A DNA stretch of 64,000 bases. Source: Octopus sinensis (lineage: Eukaryota). Of this stretch, positions 1 to 11,989 are shown piece after piece. Numbering within the stretch: position 1 is the stretch's first letter; the number at the start of each line of letters is the position of its first letter. The notes under the pieces are model-generated. The model saw only the letters and a program-made list of their open reading frames with translations, had not been told where the DNA came from and ran no database searches. Made by a program: the position numbers and the translations under genes. Location of the stretch: positions 121,582,001-121,646,000 of the forward strand of contig NC_042997.1 of the NCBI RefSeq assembly GCF_006345805.1. Reading direction: 5' to 3'.

Positions 1-35
<35 letters not shown>

Positions 36-60
36 TACATCATACACGCATACAAGCATA

Positions 61-432
61 CATTGCAAACGTAAGAATCTGGAATGCCAAGTCATTGTAG
101 AAGCAGAAGTTAAAAATCACGTTTATATTGGATCAACAGAATGTTTTGTGAAAACTAGAATTTCTAATCTTGAGAGTTCTTTTATAAATTACCACAAACG
201 CAGCAACACAAGCTTTAGCAAATTCAGTTGGAGATTAAAGAATAGCAAAATTAGTTCTAAAATTAAATGGAAAATTTTAAGTTTCGCAAAATTTTATTGG
301 TCACCAGACAGAACTTGTTCTCTTTGTGTAAATGAATGCTATAATACTCTATTTTCTAAACATCAATTATTGAATAACAGGACCGAAAAAGCTTCGTCCT
401 GTTTACATATCTTTTTTTCCGAATATCATTAA
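61..432 (+). pseudogene. Penelope-like element GIY-YIG endonuclease C-terminal fragment
   Basis: Translation VYIGSTE..KTRI...SKFSWRLK...IKWKIL..A.FY...CSLCVNE..LLNNRTE..SCLH matches the PLE GIY-YIG C-terminus pattern. The N-terminus is replaced by (AT)n/(AC)n. Confidence 0.8.
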
Positions 433-815
433 AGATTCTGTGTTTATTATAATAAATAAATTATAGATTAGATATATTCTCCAAGAAACACGAGAAGTTT
501 CTTTAATATTATTAAACAGAAGATTAGATATATTGGTTAATATCTGGTTTAGCTATATCCTCTAAAAATCATTAAATAGTTTTATAATATCATTATCAAA
601 TAGAAGATTAGATATATCTGTAATTATATGAGTAAGCAAATACTTTACTGTATTATTCATATTATGATGCAATATATTAAATTTTTAGAAATATATACAT
701 ATAATAAAATTTATATTCCAAATGGTCGTTTCCAGATACATACATACATACATACATACATACATACATACATACATACATACACAAACACAGACACACA
801 CACAGATATATATAT

Positions 816-850
<35 letters not shown>

Positions 851-1389
851 ATCATTTATCATCATTAATAGAAATAAGGATATTTTACCTTAATATACAT
901 GACTCTAACATAAGCACAACATCGTATTCCAAACATTCAATATATATAAGATTAATTTATTTTTAAATTTATCGAGTTATATTACTAAATAGATGGAAGT
1001 TATCGTAAGTAAATAGTATTACCATTAACATTTATACAAAATAATTTCGTTTTAAATTCTAAAACTTCTAATGGATATTTCACCCAACTAACAGAACGAT
1101 AAAACATTTCGTTCGTCTTTTTCTATAAGTGAATATGACTCTATGACGTAATACACTTAATACATATCTCGTAGAAACGTAATACGCAATTTGTAGGTAT
1201 ATAAATAAGTAATCATGTTATGAATTCTGAATTTATTTTATTTGTACGTACTTACTATTACAATATAAAATATAGATTATTATTTCATCTTTATTTCATT
1301 TTATTTTATTCACTTTACACCCTTCTTTCACCTCTTTTCCAACAGATCTAGAATTATCTACAACTACGTATATATAACCTTCGTATATT

Positions 1390-1940
1390 TAACAGAGGCT
1401 TAAACATGAGTACATGGGACATGAAATATTCTTTCGAACAGCGAAAGACACAAATGGAAAACAAAACGAACAACATAAAGAACGACACTTCATTAGTTGT
1501 TAGCTGTCTTTCTAGTCCCGTATTTCGAGCACTTAGCAAAAATATACGCTTTCGATAAAACAGTTGCTCCCGCAAAACAAATTAAATAAAATTTGGGATT
1601 TTGCGGAGAGTCAGAATAGGTAGCACGAACTGGACAGTGGAAACAAACAGGAAGGACTGCTAAGCTTAAACGAGGTTGTGGAGGCAAACGCGCAAATCAT
1701 GCTAGGACAGGAGACAAACAAGAACATGTCTTCCTTGTTCCGGCTACAACGGAGAGAAAGAAAGATGGCTGATGGTCACGTGGGAGCCATGTGAGCAAGG
1801 GGTGAGGAGGGAGGGAGAGAGAGTGACAGAGTAATAGGATTGAATAGTGGAAGAATATGAGGTAAAATAATAAGAGAGAAAAAGAGACAATCGAAAGTGT
1901 AAAAAGATCGTATGGAGCGCGCACAGAATTAAGATAAAAC
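1390..1940. mobile_element. Non-coding repeat family D, copy 1 (pLTR/retrozyme-like)
   Basis: Colinear similarity with 27250-27810, including the ccgcaaaa...ttttgcgg hairpin and the ggtcacgtg motif; flanked by AT microsatellites. Confidence 0.55.
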
Positions 1941-2001
1941 TTACTTAGAATAATAATAATATAAATAATATAATATAATATAATATAAATAATATAATAT
2001 A

Positions 2002-2040
<39 letters not shown>

Positions 2041-2042
<2 letters not shown>

Positions 2043-2458
2043 TCTCTCTCCTGCTAAAAAACACAGAATGAACTTAATCCTCCAACCACACACCATAATA
2101 AAAACCAAGAGACAACCCAAATCTATGAAAAGTCGCCTAACACTAGCCGAATACGCCCAACAACAACACTGAAGACGTCAGTAAAATCTGCGAACGATCC
2201 AACTGTGGGATACGCGTCAATTTAATTCAGGGATCAGAGTTCTCCTTCAAACAGGGACAACGTTTCACAGTGAAAAACAGACTCACATGTGCTTCGGAGA
2301 ACCTCATATACGCACTAACCTGCTCTGGGTGTCAAGAGCAATACATATGCCAAACAAAAAGACAGTCTACGTCAAAGGATGACACTGCACAGATCCCAGA
2401 TCAAAATTAAAAACACAAAAATAGCATTCAACCAACACATCGACATTTGCGCGAATAA
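2041..2458 (+). pseudogene. Penelope-like GIY-YIG endonuclease fragment (second family)
   Basis: Frameshifted translation ..CERSNCG...FTVKNRLTCASENLIYALTCSGCQEQYI.QT..LRQRMTLHRSQI. Confidence 0.8.
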
Positions 2459-2489
2459 CACACACATACACACACACACACACACACAT

Positions 2490-2534
<45 letters not shown>

Positions 2535-2549
2535 TTATATATATATGTT

Positions 2550-2584
<35 letters not shown>

Positions 2585-2591
<7 letters not shown>

Positions 2592-2955
2592 ACGACGGGC
2601 TTCTTTCAGTTTCTGTCTACTAAATCCACTCACAAGGCTTTGGTCGACCATAGGCTATAGCAGAAGACACTTGCCCAAGGTGGCCACACTGTGGGACTGA
2701 ACTCGGAACCATGTTATTGGTAAGAAAACTACTTACCACACAGCCACACCTGCACCTATATATATACACATATATAATATATACGACGGGCTTCTTTCAG
2801 TTTCTGTCTACTAAATCCACTCACAAGGCTTTGGTCGACCATAGGCTATAGCAGAAGACACTTGCCCAAGGTGCCACACTGTGGGACTGAACTCGGAACC
2901 ATGTTATTGGTAAGAAAACTACTTACCACACAGCCACACCTGCACCTATATATAT
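2585..2955 (-). mobile_element. SINE family A 5' half (tRNA head + CORE-like box), tandemly duplicated
   Basis: Two near-identical ~190 bp units with an A-box (tggctgtgtggt), a B-box (gagttcagtcc) and caccttgggcaagtg. Confidence 0.85.
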
Positions 2956-3364
2956 ACACATATATAAATATATACATAAATATATATGTGTGTATTTGCA
3001 TCAATGCATGTGTGTATATAGGTGTGTGAATGTTTGTGTGCTTAATGTGTATATTTACGTATTAAACTATATTTACACCAGTAACTTTTGCTAGACTTTA
3101 ATAAACGCCCTAAAGCGATTATCGATAGTCTGCTATTTCGTGATGGTAATATTGAAAGAAAAAAAAAGTCATCCTTAAAATTGTTTAGAATTAGCAAAGT
3201 TTTATCAATACTCCATTTTGTAAATGTTTAAATTTACATTATTAAATGGCTATTTACGTTGTACACTACATTAATATCGTTATTTTGGATAATTATCTCT
3301 GAAAGCTTGATTTGGTTTTATATTCTTAAGAGAAACTTGTCCGTATTTAAATGTGTACCTAATA

Positions 3365-3528
3365 GGCATCACATTAGCGGCTGTGTGGTAAGAAACTTGC
3401 TTACCAACCGCGTGGTTTTGGGTTAAGTCTAACTGCATGGCATCTTGGGCAAGTGTCTTCTGCTATAGCCTTGGGCCGACTGAAGCCTTGTGAGTGGATT
3501 TAGTAGACGGAAACTTGAAAGAAATCCG

Positions 3529-3573
<45 letters not shown>

Positions 3574-3800
3574 TGTGTGTCTGTGTTTGTTTCTCCCCCC
3601 TCCCCACACACGCACACAACCTCGCTTGACAACCGATGCTGGTGTGTTTACGTTCCCGTGATTTAGTGGTGCGGCGAAAGAGACCGATAGAATAATACTA
3701 GGTTTACAAAGAATAAGTTCAGGGTCGATATGCTCCACTAAAAGGCGGTGCTCCAACATGGCCGCAGTGAAATGACTGAAACAAGTAAAAGAATAAAAGA
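3365..3800 (+). mobile_element. SINE family A, full length
   Basis: tRNA-like head, cttgggcaagtg core, internal (AT)n(GT)n, tail atgactgaaacaagtaaaaga. Confidence 0.85.
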
Positions 3801-3984
3801 ACATATTCAGTGTCGAATGATTTACGTTCTTCAGTCTTTTATTTTTTTATTCTTGTACTTGTTTCATTCATTTGATTGCCGCCATGCTGGAGTTGTAGGG
3901 TACGTTGAAAGCATATGTCAATTAGTGAAGGTGGGTAGTTCCTGGGGATGAGTGTATCCTTTAGTTCATGTAATCGTGTGTCTC

Positions 3985-4325
3985 TGGTGTTTGCATTAGG
4001 AAAAAATAGTACATATCTTTTTTGCTTGGTTGAAAGGGATATTCATTCTGGTGTGTCTTGGGTGGCATGAGTTGAACGGTAGATATTGCTTGGAGTCCGT
4101 GGGCTTATAGTACATATCTCTTTTTATTACGTTGTTAGATTTCTTAATGAGGATGTCGATGAATGGAAGTTGTTGATGGCTATATTCCATCGTGAATTGG
4201 ATGTTTACGTCCAGTCCATTTAAAAGTGCTTGGAATTCTTTAAGTCTCCCTACGCTTTCGTGCCAAAGAATGAATCAGTCATCCAGGTATCTCTTCCAGT
4301 TATTTTCTATGTAGATGAGGAATGG
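3985..4325 (-). pseudogene. Penelope-like reverse transcriptase fragment
   Basis: Minus strand WKRYLDD*FILW ... LPFIDILI...YYKPTDSKQYLPFNSCHPRH..NIPFNQAKKIC. Confidence 0.85.
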
Positions 4326-4330
4326 GCTGC

Positions 4331-4875
4331 CTGGATTGTCTGGAAAGTTCGTGCCGATTTTTAAAGGAAAGAAAAAGGCCAGTAAATACTTGCCCTTACA
4401 TTTTTAATTAACCAAATATGAACCATTTTGTTCCACAATGCGTTTCCATCTTTCCTTTAAATTGAAAATAGCCGCTTCCCAGAATTGAGGTGGTTTCATG
4501 GCAAATAATTCATCAAGGTATATTTTTACGTCATCCAAGCAATTGAAAGTTTTACCATTAAGTGGAAATCTGAAGGAGCAATATCTGATGAATATGGAGG
4601 GTGGGGTAACACATCCCAGCCGAGCTGCAGCAATTTTTGTCTTGTTCGCAAAGCATCAAGTGTCGAGAAGGAACTTACTTATCTTCCATTTTAAAGGGTT
4701 ACAGAATTAACGCAGGTTATAGGAACATATAAACCTTCTTCCAGGAAAAGATAGCTTAAACTGTGCTCTAAATGGAGGTGTAGTCAAATACTATTTTATG
4801 GACGGAACCATGTTCCAAAATAAGTCGAAATGTAAGCTACTATAAGTCGGCACAAACTTTCCGGACAACCCAATA
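4331..4875 (-). mobile_element. Internally deleted mariner element with both TIRs
   Basis: TIR ggattgtctggaaagttcgtgccgattt (left) and aagtcggcacaaactttccggacaacccaata (right); minus strand LGWDVLPHPPYSSDIAPSDFHL (YSPDLAP motif). Confidence 0.85.
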
Positions 4876-5009
4876 TATATGCAGAAGTGTGTAGTAGTGT
4901 AAACGAAAGATTACAGAGTATGTAGCTAATCCGTGTGTTACTGAGGGCGGTAACAATGCAGAGAATACATTAAAAATGAACAAAAATAGAAGAATATGTT
5001 GAACACCTT

Positions 5010-5527
5010 AGAAATATGCGCAGTCATGGCTGTATGGTTGAGAAACTCGCTTTCCAACCATATGGTTTGGATTGCAGTCCCTTTACAGAGCACCTAAGGC
5101 AAGAGCCTTCTAATGTAGTCCTGAACTGTCCAATGTTTTGAGAGTGAATTCGATAGACGGAAACTGTGTGGATGCCTGTCCATATATACATATGTGTGTG
5201 TGCGTGTGTGTGTGTGTGTGTGTGTGGATAGATGTGTTTGTGTGTGCACGTGCTTCTCTCCCACGTTGCTTGGCAAGCGGTGTTGGTTTATTTACGTTCA
5301 ATATCTTATCGCTCCTGTAAAAGAGATAGACAGAATAAGTAATAGACTTTAAAAAAAATATTAGTAGTGCGTAGGATTGGCTGAGTGGTAAGTAGCTTGC
5401 TTTCCAACCACATGTTCTGGGTTCAGTCACCTTGGGCAAGTGTCTTCTTCTATAGCCTCAGGCCGATCAAAGCCTTGTGAGTGGATTTGGTAGACGTAAA
5501 CTGAAAGAAGCCCGTCGTATATATATA

Positions 5528-5600
<73 letters not shown>

Positions 5601-5945
5601 TGTGGTGTGTGTGTTTGTGTGTGTGGGTGTGGGTGTGTAAGTTTGTGTGTCTGTGTTTGTCCCCCCAACATCGCTTCACAACCGATGCTGGTGTGTTTTC
5701 GTCCCCGTAACTTAGCGGTTCGACAAAAGAGACCGATTGTATAAGTACTAGGCTTACAAAGAGTAAGTCCTGGGGTCTATTTGCTCGACTAAAGGCGGTT
5801 CTCCAGCATGGTCACAGTCAAATGACTGAACCAAATAAAAGAGCAAAGGAGTAAATATGGCGTGGTCGTGATCGATAACTCTTCAAAGTGGTGCACCAGC
5901 ATGGCCATGCTCTATTGACTGAAACAAGTACAAGATAAAAGTAAT
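5010..5945 (+). mobile_element. Old SINE A interrupted by a younger SINE A (~5367-5855)
   Basis: Diverged head and body at 5010-5360 and a matching tail at 5860-5945 flank a complete, less diverged copy. Confidence 0.6.
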
Positions 5946-7129
5946 TAGTTCTAGAAATCTAGAGGCATAAATCAAATATCAATTCCGTTGATGAGTCTGA
6001 GGTGTGCATGTGATAATGAAATTCAACTGTGTAGAAATTTGGTGCAGCACTCTTTAAGTCTCTTGGTGATGGTAGTGGTGGTGGCGGTGGTGGATGTGTG
6101 GTATATGCGTGGTGAAGTGGGTCAAATATTGTGAGTCACCGTATTTACAGTATTCATTGTCACACCTCTAATTCAAGCTGTTTGTTAATTGTTGGCTTCT
6201 GTTTTCCTCTTATTTTATATTATTATTTCACAATGCAAATATTTCTTTTATCCGCAGGCTATCGATGCTGCGATCTTTAGTTACTGCGTTATTCTTGTTC
6301 GTGTCTGTATGTTTTTTGCGATATTCTTTAATTTGGAATTTCTGTGGCAGAATCATGCTGCTAATGTAACATTTATTCGTTGAATCTGGTGCACAAGATC
6401 TGACATACGCAGGGCCATACTCAGGTATGCACATGTCTGTAATACAGATAAAGAAGTTTGCGTCGCACATAGGTATTTAAATTCGGAACGTTTCTTCGAC
6501 AAATATTTCCGTTTAGTAAGATCCGAGGGGTTCAACTATAAATCTGTTCCATTTTTGTAAATGGCCTTGCAGAAGCCATCTGTATAAAAGGGACTACAGC
6601 CTTCTTTGACTTGGATTTATGCCAGGAGTGCTTGTACTGTATCTGTTACTGATGCTATTGGTATGGGAGTACCGGACCAAATATCCGACAGGATTGGAAC
6701 CTGTAGTGCTCCAGATTTCTGGATCTTTTGGTTTTCTGGAGACAGCCTAAAATAAACTATTAAAATAATGTACTGTATTTTATTTAGCAATTTCAAATCA
6801 ATATTTAACTGAAGTAGAGTCTTTCTAAATTTTATTAAACCACTTAATTTTCTTGAAACATATTTCAAAATAATGTTTATAAGATGAAAATTAAATTAAC
6901 AAAAGCAAAGGATGTGATTTTATTTAATATATATAGGTACATATTAATACGCTTCAAAAGCAGACTATGTTTAATCTACTTCAATCCACAAGAAAAAATG
7001 TAAAGAACGAAAGTAGTTTACCATATCATATACAAGTTAGCCAACGTCAAACTGATTCTGTTTACTCAATAGAAGGTATTGTATATTGCTCAGTATTTCT
7101 AGGTTACTGGAAGCAAGATAAAAAGCCCG

Positions 7130-7661
7130 GTGGGCAAAATACCCAAACATCGTAGCGATTTGTGTACCCAAGCTTTACCAGGAGCTCTGAACGACTGTTG
7201 AGTTTTTCTGCCAATTCTCGGGATGTGCAATGTGGGTTATTCTCAATTAATAACTTGATTTGGTCATCATCTGTAGTGGATTGTCTGCCTTGTCGCTCTT
7301 TATCAATAAGGCTACAATCTCCAGCTCGGAATCTTGCGAACCACTTCCGTACAGTTCTTTCGGATAAAGAAGCATCACCGTAGACTGCGCGTATTTCTTT
7401 GGTTGCTTGTGAGGCATTTTTCCCTTTACGGAAAAAAAAAGCATCAAGTGCTGAAAATGAACTTTCTTATCTTCCAATTTACAGTGTTACAGAATTTACA
7501 CAGGTTATAGGAACATAAACATTCTTCCACGGAAAGATAGCTTACACTGTGCTCTAAATGGATGTGTAGTCAAATCCTATTTTATGGATTCAACCATGTT
7601 CTAAAATAAGTCGAAAGTTAAGCTACTATAAATCTGCACGAACTTTCCGGACAACCCAATA
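7130..7661 (-). mobile_element. Mariner 5' end (TIR + N-terminal transposase remnant), same family as 4331-4875
   Basis: Identical-type TIR gaactttccggacaacccaata; ~270 bp colinear with 4650-4875; minus strand LGYTNRYDVWV (WVPH region). Confidence 0.8.
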
Positions 7662-7689
7662 CTACCTAAGCTCACCGAACGACCAAGCG

Positions 7690-8460
7690 GGAAAAATGAA
7701 CACCTCATGACACTTCATTGTCATCTTCAAAGAATCAACGTGCCACCACCACCAGCACTTATGCTTCAACGTTAGACGCTGAAGATGAAAATGCAAGATA
7801 ATTATTTTACAATGCCAGAGTTGGAAGAGATCACAAACTCTGGAAAGGCACCATCAGGAATGAAGATGTCGGCAAAATCAACGAAAACAGAACACTCCTT
7901 CTGACAAAATGTGCCGAACATGACCTGATGATCACTGACACCTTATTTCGCCAGAAAACCAAACACAAAGTCTCCTGGTAACATCCACGTTCCAGACATT
8001 GGCACCTGATCGATTACATCATTGTAAGAGTCAGAGTCGTCATGAAGACAACTGCGGCCACAGGTGCTGATGAGTGTTGGACAGACCATCAACTGATTTC
8101 ATTCATCATCAGAATGATGATCCGACCCAAGAGGAAGCATCAAAACCAAAGTAACATAAAAAAATTCATAGTAGGAAGTCAAACCGTCATTACCCATTGA
8201 AAAACACTGGAACCATCTGAAAACTACCACTGTGGACACCTGCAAAGAAACAATCGGATTCAAGATGAGGAAACATCAAGATTGGTTCGATGAAAATGAT
8301 GAGCAACTCTAACAAGGTACCGATGTAAAATGAAAAGCCATCATCTTCACTCAAAATGATTAGAGATCCACTGCAAAATGCAAGCATTGTCAAGATTGCA
8401 AAACCGAAGTTCAGAAAACCACATTTGAAAAACTAATAGTAGAGGGACAAGGGAAGGAAA
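7690..8460 (+). pseudogene. RTE-clade LINE APE endonuclease remnant
   Basis: GKINEN..LLLTKCAEHDLMIT.TLFRQK.KHKVSW*HPRSRHWHLIDYIIVR...GADECWTDH. Confidence 0.85.
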
Positions 8461-8844
8461 TTCAGCAATTTGCATCGTAAATCTTTCCATTGACGCTTTT
8501 GATAATTTGCATAATGGAGATATATATTGAGCACTAAACACCATTGGTTAAAACACTGAGGAAGTTGTTTAATGATGTTATGTAATGTCTCAACAAACAA
8601 TTATGTAATTTTGGCAGTTAATTTACCGAAACATGTGTATGTTTTATAAGTATAAAATACCATAATTGTTTTCTGTTTTTCATTAATGCCATTCCGTCGC
8701 TCGTATTACACTCACTCACTTAACCCATTGTTTGATACTCCACGTCATACCTTACTTCCTATCAGAACAGGGTGTACGATGTACTGCTGAACCTGAAATT
8801 TAGTTACGTGTTACGCTTCATAGCGCTTATATATTTTATGTGTA

Positions 8845-8906
<62 letters not shown>

Positions 8907-9294
8907 AGTAATATCGGTTAAATATTCTACATTTCTTTTATGAGGCATATTTGATTTCCATTTTCTTCTGTTTCTTCAATTGCCAAAGTCATAAAATCAT
9001 AGCACCGACTAGTTGCCGTGCCATTGCACACTTCCATTAATCTATGAAGAACTTGCCAGCCAAACTTCAATTAATGGTTAAATATCTCACTAAAATGAGC
9101 TAGTATTGTACTGTTTATGTTCACACGTGTCTATGAATTCTAAAACACCTGGCACACACTTAATCGCTACAACTTATTATCTTCTAGAAGAACATTCTGA
9201 AAGTTTCTTCACAAATATCTTATTCCAGTAATTACTGCATGGTGATGTATGAAGTGACTGTTCTGTTTCTATATCATATCCTAATCTAATTAAC

Positions 9295-9555
9295 TAGTAT
9301 TCCGTCGGTCACTGCGAAGAGGGCGCCAGTTGATCCGATCGACGGAACAGCCTTCTTGTGAAATTAACGTGCAAGTGGTTAAGCACTCCACGGACACGCG
9401 TGCCCTTAATGTAGTTCTTAGGGAGATTCGGCGTGACACAGAATATGAAAGGGCAGGCCCTTTGAAATACATATACTAATCATGTATATTAACCAAGTGG
9501 ACTGCAGCAACGTGAAATGTGTGCTCAAGGACACAACGCGCTGTTGGGATTCCCA
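9295..9555 (-). mobile_element. SINE family C (CORE-like) body and tail
   Basis: gctcaaggacacaacgcg core; colinear with 25250-26200. Confidence 0.7.
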
Positions 9556-9559
9556 AATC

Positions 9560-10245
9560 TACATACATACATACATACATACATACATACATACATACAT
9601 ACATACATACATACATGATGGCTGCCCCCTCGTTATCGAGTATGGCCATTGCACGAGGTTTAGCGGTGCTGTGATCGAACATGAATTTTTAGCCCGGCTA
9701 AAGATCTACATTGTCTTGTACAGAATTGGCTGCTAAAACCTTTACCGGAGATAGCCGGCTGTAATTGTAATTGGGCTTTATGTACCTTTGCATGTCGTTT
9801 AAGTCCTCCCACTGAATAACACACCCTTCCACATGCCTGAGAGATATGATTAGTATGATGTGTAGCACCACGAACAGCAGCCTGGTTGTCAATCCTCTGT
9901 CTCGCTTTATGAATACGAAGATGACTCTTGAGTCCAGTTTACTGAGGCAGGGTTTTGCACAGACACTGCATGTCAGCATCATAGGAAGACCCTTACCATC
10001 TGGAAGTGCAACAGCGATGCCCTTCCTGACATCCCTCCTTACTTTCTCATGCGCAACTCGAGATTTCTCAAAAGTAGTTCTCCCCTCGTACACAATCCTT
10101 CTCTACCTGCTACGGTCAATAGCTATGCCCTCCCATGTGCCATGAGAGATACTAGCATCTCTTAAGGAAACCTTCAGCAAGTCTCTATGCCTCTTTTTTT
10201 GGTTTATGTGAAGGTCGTTCTTCTTTAGCTAACTCTCCATAAAAG
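9560..10245 (-). mobile_element. 5'-truncated RTE LINE 3' end with (TATG)n tail
   Basis: KQLFYGELAKGKRPSHKPKKRHRDLLK..WEGIAIDRSRWRRIVYEG..CSVCAKPCLSK; tandem-repeat tail at 9560-9617. Confidence 0.85.
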
Positions 10246-10257
10246 AGTTGTTTTGGC

Positions 10258-10830
10258 ATACATACATATATACATACATAGATGAAGGCTGTTTACTCGT
10301 TAGCCGAACATGACCATTGCTGGGAGCTTGAGTTCTAAGTGATTGTTCCAAAGAATGTGGGATCGATAGTGACTCATGGAGTTGGCGAGAGCCTTACAGA
10401 GTTTGCCACAAAGACTGCAAACTAAATCTGCAATTTTGGTCTGAAGGTTATGCCTCTCAGGTAGAGGATCGTTATGGGTTTTCAAATGACTCGTGAACCC
10501 AGAGCGGCTCTGGCAGACTTTGCTGCTTGGATCACAGGTAAGAGGATCTGCAATAACGAGTCGAACATAATCTGTTGACGAGTTATGCATGTGACACTTG
10601 AGGTAACATTGGAGTCTTGCGTTTGACAAGTATATTCGGCTATACTCATGGCAAATAATCTGAGGAACAACCAAGTCTGCTTTTTCTCTTTTAGGGTTTT
10701 TCCCTGCTTATTCAATTTATATGAAATGAGCAACGACACTTCGTTTTCTCGCCTTGTTTTTGTCGCCAGCCTGTACTTCCCAGTTGTAAATATCGAGATC
10801 GAATTGTGATAGCGAGTTCTTTAACACATT
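10258..10830 (-). mobile_element. Second RTE-like 3' end with C2H2-like motifs
   Basis: KVCQSRSGFTSHLKTH and CSLCGKLCK..SHYRSH; the 3' UTR gcaatggtcatgttcggctaacgag resembles 9617-9650. Confidence 0.65.
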
Positions 10831-11590
10831 CTTTATTGCTTTGGTGACTAGTTTCATGTTCTTCTGAGTTTAGAGTCATTCCAGCATTTATGTAAGTGAC
10901 AGAAATGACTTTATATACATATAATACCCATTAGAACCTAGTGTTACTTCATCTGGGTGATACATGAAGAGACCACGCTGGTACTTTTTCTAACCTTGGT
11001 TCGATTTATATACAAGCCACACTGTTACATATTGTTCGGAAAGACGAACACCTTTATGTAGCACAGTAGTGGTTGAGAAAGTGAATAGTCTCGAAGTGTT
11101 TGGTAAACACTCCGTGTTATACAATGACAGTCCTTTGTTCCAACTAGTTCAACTAACAGTGACATATTAAGAAGTTCCTGGCACCGATTACCTACTGACT
11201 CATTGTGCATTTTCTATTAATAAATTCCTCAAATAAACTAAATATAATCATTCCTATATTCATGCGCGTTTATGAAGTACACACGCACATACACACACAC
11301 GCACGTAAACACAAACGCACACACAAACATATAATATAATATATAATATATACATATACATATATATATATGTGTGTGTGTGTATGTGTGTGTATGTCTG
11401 TATGAATATATATGTATATGTATATATATTGAGAGAGAGGTGTTGGTAAATGTGAATTGGAGGGGATATATATGCGAGTGTGTCTGTGTGTATGTGTGTA
11501 TATATATACATATGTGTATATAGGCATGTATGTGTGTATATATGGGTATATGTCTACATATAGATTTATATGTTTGTACGTGATATGCAT

Positions 11591-11989
11591 ATCTTTATAT
11601 TATAAAAGTAAGGTTGTGTGCTGTCTGTCACCTACGATTTAGATTCCTAACTACTCCCACATTTTGCGGTGCAGTTTAACCAAAACCGGATATCTTATAG
11701 TCGTGATTCATATCGAGCCCTTCTGGGTATTAGCGCGCGTCTACGATGAGTCTACGATTTAAAAAAAATTTACCATCAATTTTTCCCATTTTAATGCATT
11801 TTTGGCATATATAAGGGAAGTAACTCTCTAAAAATTTATTATTAAATCTCAGAACGTAAAAAGCTACAGTAACATCCCCCCCCTTTGTGGTTAGCCATAT
11901 TGAGATGGCTATTATACTTTACATCTCTAAAAATGCTTATATAGTTATTTCCCTTACAAACCCGAGCAACGCCGGGCGATACTGCTAGT
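11591..11989 (-). mobile_element. Helentron/DINE-1-like non-autonomous element
   Basis: 5' end actagcagtatcgcccggcgttgctcgggt (cccg/cggg hairpin); 3' end ttttataatataaagat; no TSD. Confidence 0.7.

Noticed and set aside
9040-9075. ~30-bp match to 21645-21675 (tctatgaagaacttgcca.ccaaacttcaat)
   Set aside because: The match is real but too short to define an element; probably fragments of an old repeat.
10300-10674. Host C2H2 zinc-finger gene
   Set aside because: The motifs lie directly upstream of an RTE-type 3' UTR and tail and lack TGEKP linkers.
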